Assembly: GCA_944391505.1 (NCBI GenBank) | Contig: CALXTV010000001.1 | Coordinates: 34,651 to 98,650 of the forward strand | Length of the DNA: 64,000 nucleotides | Direction of reading: 5' to 3' | From: an uncultured Alphaproteobacteria bacterium | Lineage (GTDB): Bacteria > Pseudomonadota > Alphaproteobacteria > RF32 > CAG-239 | Part shown: positions 57,522 through 64,000 of the stretch, in pieces | How the letters are laid out: the number at the start of each line of letters is the position of its first letter | How positions within the stretch are numbered: the stretch's first letter is position 1 | The notes under the pieces: model-generated | Told to the model about the DNA's origin: nothing | What the model saw: only the letters and a program-made list of their open reading frames with translations | Databases searched by the model: none | Translations under genes and position numbers: made by a program

Positions 57522-59075
57522 ATGCCGCCAAAAAAAGAAGAATGGGAAGTCAGATTTGAAGAATACCGCAATACGCTTATTTCTCTGGGGGCAAGAATAA
57601 AAAACGAAAAAGCCCTGAAAATGGCATTCAAGATTTACGGTGAAGAAAGAATGCCGGCACGCATCTATCAAAACTGCGTTGAAGAACCCGCAGCAACAAA
57701 ATCTCCGACAAAAGAAGCAACTGACAAAAGAAAGACATCAGCGGCGGAACAGCCTTCATCCAAGCCCCAACCCAAAGATAAAAAACAAACAACGTTCAAT
57801 AGTTTTGAAGATCTGGCAGGTCTTCCGCGCGACGAAATTGTCTCCGAACATACCGAAGCAACCCCCAAAACAGAAGAAAACAAAGAAAAAAAACCGCGCA
57901 AGACACAACACGAACGCTTTGAGGAATATAAAAAACGGCTTCAGGAAAAAGGTTTTACGATTAATGACGAGGCCGGCCTGTGGGAAACTTTCCGTTCAAT
58001 TCGCGGACATCTGAGCAATGAACAGATCCGTAACTTTGTAACGCCACCCGAACGCAATCCCCGCAGCACGACCAAAGACCCCAGGGATTCTGAACGCAGA
58101 AACGACAGAAAAACAGAAAAGACATCCCGCCCGAATAACCGGGAGAACTCTGCTTCTGCCCCCAAGACACCGGAAAACAGTCAGAAAAAAGAAACTGTCG
58201 ACAAGCCAACCCCGCCCAAACAGCAAAGTCCGGACAAAACACCTTTTGAAGAATACCGCAAAAATCTTTTGGATCAGGGTTATGAAATAACCAACCTCAA
58301 TACGCTGGCCAGATTATATGTCAAAGGAAAAGGCTTCATTGCTCCGGAAGAATTGTCAAAACTGGTACATAAAAAAGAAGAACGGCCGCAGGCGGAAATC
58401 AACAATATGCTTGTTCCCGTTGCCAAAGAGGAATCGTTACCCGCCGTCATCGAAGCTTCTTTCGCCGACAGATGGGTTAAGCCTCTCAAAGAATACTGCC
58501 AAAAGGATTTGGACGGAAACGGACAGCCCAAACGTACGGTTACGGCCGTAAAAGCAGATAAAAATTCGGTCGTCATTGATGTTGTTCCCGCCGAGTCCTA
58601 TGCTGCAGAAAATCCGCAAGACGCCGGTGTGCGCTACAGCTTTGAAAAAAGTGACCGCCGCGGCAGCGTCAAGGTAAACATGGGCGCCAAAGACGGAGGC
58701 ACGCCGGACTATGAATATTTCAGAATGATGATGGAAGCCAACCGCAGAAACGGCATCAAAATCATTTCATTCAAAGACATCAAAACCGAAGAATTTCGCG
58801 ACAAATTGCTTGCCGCCGCATTGGAATTTGACATGAAAGTCAAAGGCGCGCCGGAAAAAATAAATGTCAATGCGCCTTACCTGAAATCGTTGCCTAATAA
58901 AGTCAAAATCAAGCTCGGCATCTACAACGGCGACATTACCCCGGGCAAAAACGTTGAACAAATCAAAGAAAGCCTGCAGAAAAAACAAGCTGCCGGAGAC
59001 AAAGAACAAAAAACCACACGGGCAAAACCGATGCTGGCGCTTCCTGCACGTATTCCGCCCCGCGAAATGGACTGA
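57522..59075 (+). CDS. Hypothetical protein with three internal FEEY repeats and a low-complexity linker
   Basis: FEEYRNTLISLG / FEEYKKRLQEKG / FEEYRKNLLDQG. Confidence 0.7.
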   Translation: MPPKKEEWEVRFEEYRNTLISLGARIKNEKALKMAFKIYGEERMPARIYQNCVEEPAATKSPTKEATDKRKTSAAEQPSSKPQPKDKKQTTFNSFEDLAGLPRDEIVSEHTEATPKTEENKEKKPRKTQHERFEEYKKRLQEKGFTINDEAGLWETFRSIRGHLSNEQIRNFVTPPERNPRSTTKDPRDSERRNDRKTEKTSRPNNRENSASAPKTPENSQKKETVDKPTPPKQQSPDKTPFEEYRKNLLDQGYEITNLNTLARLYVKGKGFIAPEELSKLVHKKEERPQAEINNMLVPVAKEESLPAVIEASFADRWVKPLKEYCQKDLDGNGQPKRTVTAVKADKNSVVIDVVPAESYAAENPQDAGVRYSFEKSDRRGSVKVNMGAKDGGTPDYEYFRMMMEANRRNGIKIISFKDIKTEEFRDKLLAAALEFDMKVKGAPEKINVNAPYLKSLPNKVKIKLGIYNGDITPGKNVEQIKESLQKKQAAGDKEQKTTRAKPMLALPARIPPREMD

Positions 59076-59092
59076 CCTCTCGTTGTGCGGGT

Positions 59093-60193
59093 TTAATCCT
59101 TGCCGAGCGGAACGTTTCGGTTAATATGTACGCAAAGAATAATTCCGAAAGAAGCCATAATTGAGAGCATAACCGTACCGCCGTAGGAAATCAGCGGCAG
59201 CGGAATACCGACCACCGGCAACAGTCCCAAAACCATTGCAATATTGATGAACACATACATAAAATAGTTTGTCGCCAAACCGATGGCCAACAGCTTGCCG
59301 AAATAACTCGTGCTTTTAAGCGCAAAAGAGTAACTGTAGGCCAATATCAGCATATTCAAAACCACGACCAGAACCGCGCCGACCATACCGAATTCCTCGG
59401 ACAACATCGTAAAAATAAAATCGGTATGCTTTTCCGGCAAAAAGTTCAAATGACTCTGAGAGCCCTTCAAAAAACCCTTGCCGAAAACACCGCCGGATCC
59501 CAACGCAATTTTTGATTGGATAATATGATATCCGGCGCCCAGCGGATCCCGTTCCGGGTTCAAAAAAGTCAGCACGCGATTCTGCTGATAATCATGCAGA
59601 AAATGCCAGGCAAATGGAATGGTTATCACGCCGCCGATAAAAACAACGACAAATTTCCAAATCTGCACGCCGACCACAAAGAAGACCGCCGCCGTTGTAA
59701 AAATAAGCATCAACGCCGTTCCCAAATCCGGCTGCAAAATAATCAGAAACGCCGGGAAAACGGCCATCAGCAACGGCGGAATAATCCCGCGCACGCTTTC
59801 AATGCTCTGCAGGGAGGATGTGTGAAAATAGCGTGCTAAAACAAGTACCATGGCAATCTTCATAAACTCTGACGGCTGCAGTTTAATAAACCCAAGATTA
59901 ATCCAGCGGGTTGCACCCATGCCCGTATGTCCGGCAATTTCCACCACAACCAGCAAAATCAACGTCAGAAAATAAAAAACATAGGCATAACGCAAAAGCA
60001 GCTTAATATCCGTCAAGGCCAAAACAATCATAACCGCAAAGCCCATACCGAAACGTATCAGCTGATTAATCGCCCAGGGCTTCCAGTTGCCGTTGGCCGC
60101 CGAATAAAGCATAATAACACCGATGGCCGCCAGAATTACAATAAACAAAACATACGAAAAACTGATATTGTAAAGTTTTTCGCGAATTGTCAT
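59093..60193 (-). CDS. rodA: Rod shape-determining protein RodA
   Basis: GATRWI, LQPSEFMK, QPDLGTA, LPEKHTDFIF, SYGGT. Confidence 0.97.
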   Translation of the reverse strand: MTIREKLYNISFSYVLFIVILAAIGVIMLYSAANGNWKPWAINQLIRFGMGFAVMIVLALTDIKLLLRYAYVFYFLTLILLVVVEIAGHTGMGATRWINLGFIKLQPSEFMKIAMVLVLARYFHTSSLQSIESVRGIIPPLLMAVFPAFLIILQPDLGTALMLIFTTAAVFFVVGVQIWKFVVVFIGGVITIPFAWHFLHDYQQNRVLTFLNPERDPLGAGYHIIQSKIALGSGGVFGKGFLKGSQSHLNFLPEKHTDFIFTMLSEEFGMVGAVLVVVLNMLILAYSYSFALKSTSYFGKLLAIGLATNYFMYVFINIAMVLGLLPVVGIPLPLISYGGTVMLSIMASFGIILCVHINRNVPLGKD

Positions 60194-60246
60194 GCTCTGA
60201 TTTCTGAAACTCGTTTCATAAGGCTTATACATATCCAAACCTGCTC

Positions 60247-62070
60247 CTAATGAATTTCTTCCCGGGTGGGATCCAGCATAACCGCTTCCTTGAGAATTTT
60301 ACCGGCCAGCGGAGCGGCAACCGAAGATCCGCCGCCGCCGTGTTCAACCAATACGGCCACGGCATATTTCGGATTATCGTGTGGCGCATAGCCCACAAAC
60401 AATGCATGATTGCGCAGCCTCCAGGGAAGCTCACTTTCTTTTTTTATGCCTTCGCGCCGTTCTTTCATGGTAATCCGGCGAACCTGCGTCGTTCCCGTTT
60501 TGCCGCCCATTCTCTCGCCGTGATAATCAAACTGCGAGCGCCATGCGGTGCCGCCCGGCTTGTTAACGACAGCATACATGCCTTCTTTGACCAATTCAAG
60601 ATTGGCCGGAGAAACATCAATCTTTTTGATTTTATTTTTCTCTTTGTCCGAAACTTTAAGAAACGTCGGTTTGATTTCGTAACCGCCGTTAACCAGACGC
60701 GCCGTCATGGTTGCAAGCTGCAGAGGCGTCGTCAGAATATATCCCTGTCCGATGCCGGAAATCAGGCTTTCGCCTTGCTGCCAGGGTTCGCCGAACCGTT
60801 TGAGTTTCCATTCCTTATCCGGAATCAATCCGGCCTTTTCGTTTTCCAGCCCGACGTTAATTTTAGAGCCAAGCCCAAATCTGCGAGCCATGTCGGCAAT
60901 TTTTTCAATACCAAGCTTCTGCGCCGTTTCATAAAAGAAGATATCGCAGGAATGCTGCAAAGCCTCGACAACATTAAGATGCCCGTGCCCTTCTTTTTTC
61001 CAGCAATGAAAGGCATGATTACCCAAAAACATTTTGCCGGCACAATAGGTACGGGTCTCCGGCTTAATAATTCCGGCCTCCAGAGCAGCCAGTGCCACAA
61101 TCATTTTGAATGTCGATCCCGGCGAATATTGCCCGGAAATCGCTTTGTCAGTCAGCGGATTCCTTTCATTATGCAACAAGGCATTCCAATCTTTGGTGCT
61201 CAAGCCCTGCGTCATCATATTCGGATCAAAAGACGGCGCCGAAACAAAAGCCAGTATCTCGCCGGTATGAACGTCAAGCAAAACCGCCGCACCGCTCTCT
61301 TCCCCAAAAAGCTCAAAAGCTTTCTGCTGCAGGCGTGAATCTATCGTCAACTGCACGTCTTTGCCCGGAATACCGTCCACACGCTCGATTTCTTTCATAA
61401 TTCGCCCGTAAGCGTTTACCTCCAGCTTAAGGTTTCCGCTCTCTCCGCGTAAATCTTTCTCCAGATATTTTTCGATTCCCGACTTGCCGATTTTAAAACC
61501 CGGAACTTCCAACAGCGGATCATCTTTAACATCTTTATCGGAAACCGAAGAAACATACCCCAGAATATGCGCCATGGCCGCACCGAAAGGATAATAGCGG
61601 GTCAACCCCTCATCAATAACGATTCCAGGCAAATCCGGCGCGTTGAGCTGAATTTTGGAAACCTCCTCCCACGACAGATTATCGCGGATTTTAATCGGAA
61701 CAAAACTGCGATTACGCTTCAAATCTTTTTTTATTCGCTCTTCCTCGGCTGCACTCAACGGCATAATTTTTTTGAAAGCATCCAGTGTTTCCTGAACATT
61801 AGGTGCCTGCTCGGCAACAATCAGTGCCTGAAAATTCTGCTGATTACTGGCAATTGTTACCCCGTTTCGATCATAAATAATTCCCCGCGGCGGCACCAGC
61901 AACCGGGTTGAAATCCGGTTTTCGTCAGCCAGCGTTTTATAACGGTCTGCCTGATAAACCTGCAGGTAATACAGCCGAACGATAATAACCATCAACAGCA
62001 AAAACTTTATCAGCGCCATAATCAGCGAGCGCCGGATAAGAACTTTTCCTTTATCGTTGTCGCGGTTCAT
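60247..62070 (-). CDS. mrdA: Penicillin-binding protein 2
   Basis: SPGSTFK, SCD, KTGT motifs. Confidence 0.97.
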   Translation of the reverse strand: MNRDNDKGKVLIRRSLIMALIKFLLLMVIIVRLYYLQVYQADRYKTLADENRISTRLLVPPRGIIYDRNGVTIASNQQNFQALIVAEQAPNVQETLDAFKKIMPLSAAEEERIKKDLKRNRSFVPIKIRDNLSWEEVSKIQLNAPDLPGIVIDEGLTRYYPFGAAMAHILGYVSSVSDKDVKDDPLLEVPGFKIGKSGIEKYLEKDLRGESGNLKLEVNAYGRIMKEIERVDGIPGKDVQLTIDSRLQQKAFELFGEESGAAVLLDVHTGEILAFVSAPSFDPNMMTQGLSTKDWNALLHNERNPLTDKAISGQYSPGSTFKMIVALAALEAGIIKPETRTYCAGKMFLGNHAFHCWKKEGHGHLNVVEALQHSCDIFFYETAQKLGIEKIADMARRFGLGSKINVGLENEKAGLIPDKEWKLKRFGEPWQQGESLISGIGQGYILTTPLQLATMTARLVNGGYEIKPTFLKVSDKEKNKIKKIDVSPANLELVKEGMYAVVNKPGGTAWRSQFDYHGERMGGKTGTTQVRRITMKERREGIKKESELPWRLRNHALFVGYAPHDNPKYAVAVLVEHGGGGSSVAAPLAGKILKEAVMLDPTREEIH

Positions 62071-62071
62071 G

Positions 62072-62590
62072 TCATTCCTCGTCCGTCATCAGCCGGTTCT
62101 GCACAAATGCGTTAAGCAGGCTCAAAATCGGATAAACCGCCGCCGTTACCAGATAACTGAACATAACCGTCGCCAGCGGCAGAAAATGGCTGTAATAAAC
62201 CGAAACCAGCAGCCAGCGGCTTAAAAACGTTACCAGCGACAGCAAGGCAAAACCATACCAGATAATGATAAAAGGCTTGGCGTTAAAAAAACGGGAAAGA
62301 TTCGTTACCAGCACATACATAACCAGCAGGGCAAAAATATTTGAACCAAACGGTGCCGAACTGATAATGTCTTCCGTCAATCCCAAAAAATAAACCGACA
62401 GCAGATTAAAAACATCAGGACGATATAAAAGCCAGAAATAAACGCATATCATGCCTGCCGCCGGCCGAATATTGTTGGAAACAGGCAAATTAAACGGAAC
62501 ATAGGAAACAAGCAGCAGCAACAGCGAAAACAGCAAAGGCAGCAGCCGCTGAAGATACAAGGTCAGAGTTTCGCCCCATTCGTCATTCAT
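62072..62590 (-). CDS. mreD: Rod shape-determining protein MreD
   Basis: Hydrophobic protein with WLLYRP motif, between mreC and mrdA. Confidence 0.88.
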   Translation of the reverse strand: MNDEWGETLTLYLQRLLPLLFSLLLLLVSYVPFNLPVSNNIRPAAGMICVYFWLLYRPDVFNLLSVYFLGLTEDIISSAPFGSNIFALLVMYVLVTNLSRFFNAKPFIIIWYGFALLSLVTFLSRWLLVSVYYSHFLPLATVMFSYLVTAAVYPILSLLNAFVQNRLMTDEE

Positions 62591-63459
62591 TCGCCAGCCT
62601 CTTCCGCGGCCGTTTCGACAGATGTCCCGTCATCTAAGCCGTAATCAATGATTTTCACATATTCCAAACGGTCAAGATTACCGAAAGTCTCGATTTTAAC
62701 ACTGTTTTTTTCAATGGAGCTTATTTTCCCGACCGGCAGACCCGGCGGAAAAACACCGGCCACGCCGGAAGTAATAATCCGATCCCCGACCGTCAGTTTT
62801 GCCGAAAGCGGAATAAATATCATCTTCGGCACACTTGTATTATCTCCGGACAAAATGCCGCGGACACGGGTTCTCTCAACCATAACCGGAATTTTCGAGT
62901 TAATGTCGGTAATCAGAATAATTTTAGAATACATTTCTCCCGGCCTGTCGACACGCCCGATAACCCCGTTGTCACTCATAACGACCTGCCCTTTTTTCAC
63001 GCCGCTGTTTCGTCCCGTATAAGCAATAATCGAATGAGAAAAAGCATCTCCTTCTTCGGCAATAACTCTTGCTGTTACAAACTTGGCATTCGGCGGCGGC
63101 GTATAATTCAAAAGCCGGGACAACAGCTTGTTTTCAATCTCCAAAGCCCGCGCCTTATCGCTGATAACCTGCAGCCGACTGTTCTCCGAACGCAGTTTCT
63201 GGTTATCATCATATATTTTGCTCAAATCCCGAAAATAGTCAAAAACGCCGGCCAGGGTTCGAGCCGGAACCACCAATACGTCAATCAGCGGACTGACGAC
63301 GTCCGTCGCCATAGATGAAGTTTTTTCGATTATAACCGTATCGGTCTTGTTAACCAGCATCATTATAAAGGCCGAAAGAAACAAAATCACGATAGCAAAC
63401 TTTTTGGCCAAAAGTCTGATCTGACTAAGCTGTATAAATAAGACCTTGCGACGCTTCAT
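62587..63459 (-). CDS. mreC: Rod shape-determining protein MreC
   Basis: ILITDINSKIPV, GDRIITSG..GVFPPGLPVG. Confidence 0.95.
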   Translation of the reverse strand: MKRRKVLFIQLSQIRLLAKKFAIVILFLSAFIMMLVNKTDTVIIEKTSSMATDVVSPLIDVLVVPARTLAGVFDYFRDLSKIYDDNQKLRSENSRLQVISDKARALEIENKLLSRLLNYTPPPNAKFVTARVIAEEGDAFSHSIIAYTGRNSGVKKGQVVMSDNGVIGRVDRPGEMYSKIILITDINSKIPVMVERTRVRGILSGDNTSVPKMIFIPLSAKLTVGDRIITSGVAGVFPPGLPVGKISSIEKNSVKIETFGNLDRLEYVKIIDYGLDDGTSVETAAEEAGE

Positions 63460-63591
63460 CTGCTTTATCCGGTTAACGATATAAGAACCCGGATGGCAGA
63501 CCTCAGAAAAACTTTAAAAGCAGAAAATCGACACCCGGAAGCGTCCGTTTCTCATCTGCAAAGCTCTGACAATCTGCCATCCGAGTTCGGA

Positions 63592-64000
<409 letters not shown>

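Overview
Chromosomal window of an alphaproteobacterium (DUF3576, DUF2333 and DUF2336 genes, mreB-mreC-mreD-mrdA-rodA cluster); a host-associated lineage is an inference. Housekeeping genes occupy about 1-7.4 kb and 34.7-64 kb. Between them lies an AT-rich defence hotspot downstream of tRNA-Ser(CGA). (i) A complete type II-C CRISPR-Cas locus: 38 repeats, 37 spacers of 30 bp, cas2, cas1, a compact 998-aa cas9 and a divergent tracrRNA. (ii) A ~20-kb island flanked by 236-bp direct repeats. It carries a frameshifted GmrSD-like nuclease, a Hachiman-like nuclease/helicase pair, an hsdR remnant, a P63C protein, a type II R-M system, an XRE-linked four-gene operon (PD-(D/E)xK nuclease, beta-CASP metallo-hydrolase, 2-TM protein, beta-repeat protein), a capsid-less ParB-MTase/DUF5681/terminase/DUF2924/serine-recombinase module and a stand-alone HEPN-motif protein. 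Best leads for undescribed biology: the XRE-linked operon; a putative Fur-boxed small RNA with 15-nt complementarity to the ribosome-binding site of the ferredoxin gene in this window; the terminase-only integrative element; spacer pairs that record phage variants and hint at the PAM; and a switch-like RNA leader upstream of a small HTH gene. All family assignments are motif recognition by eye; no database searches were run.
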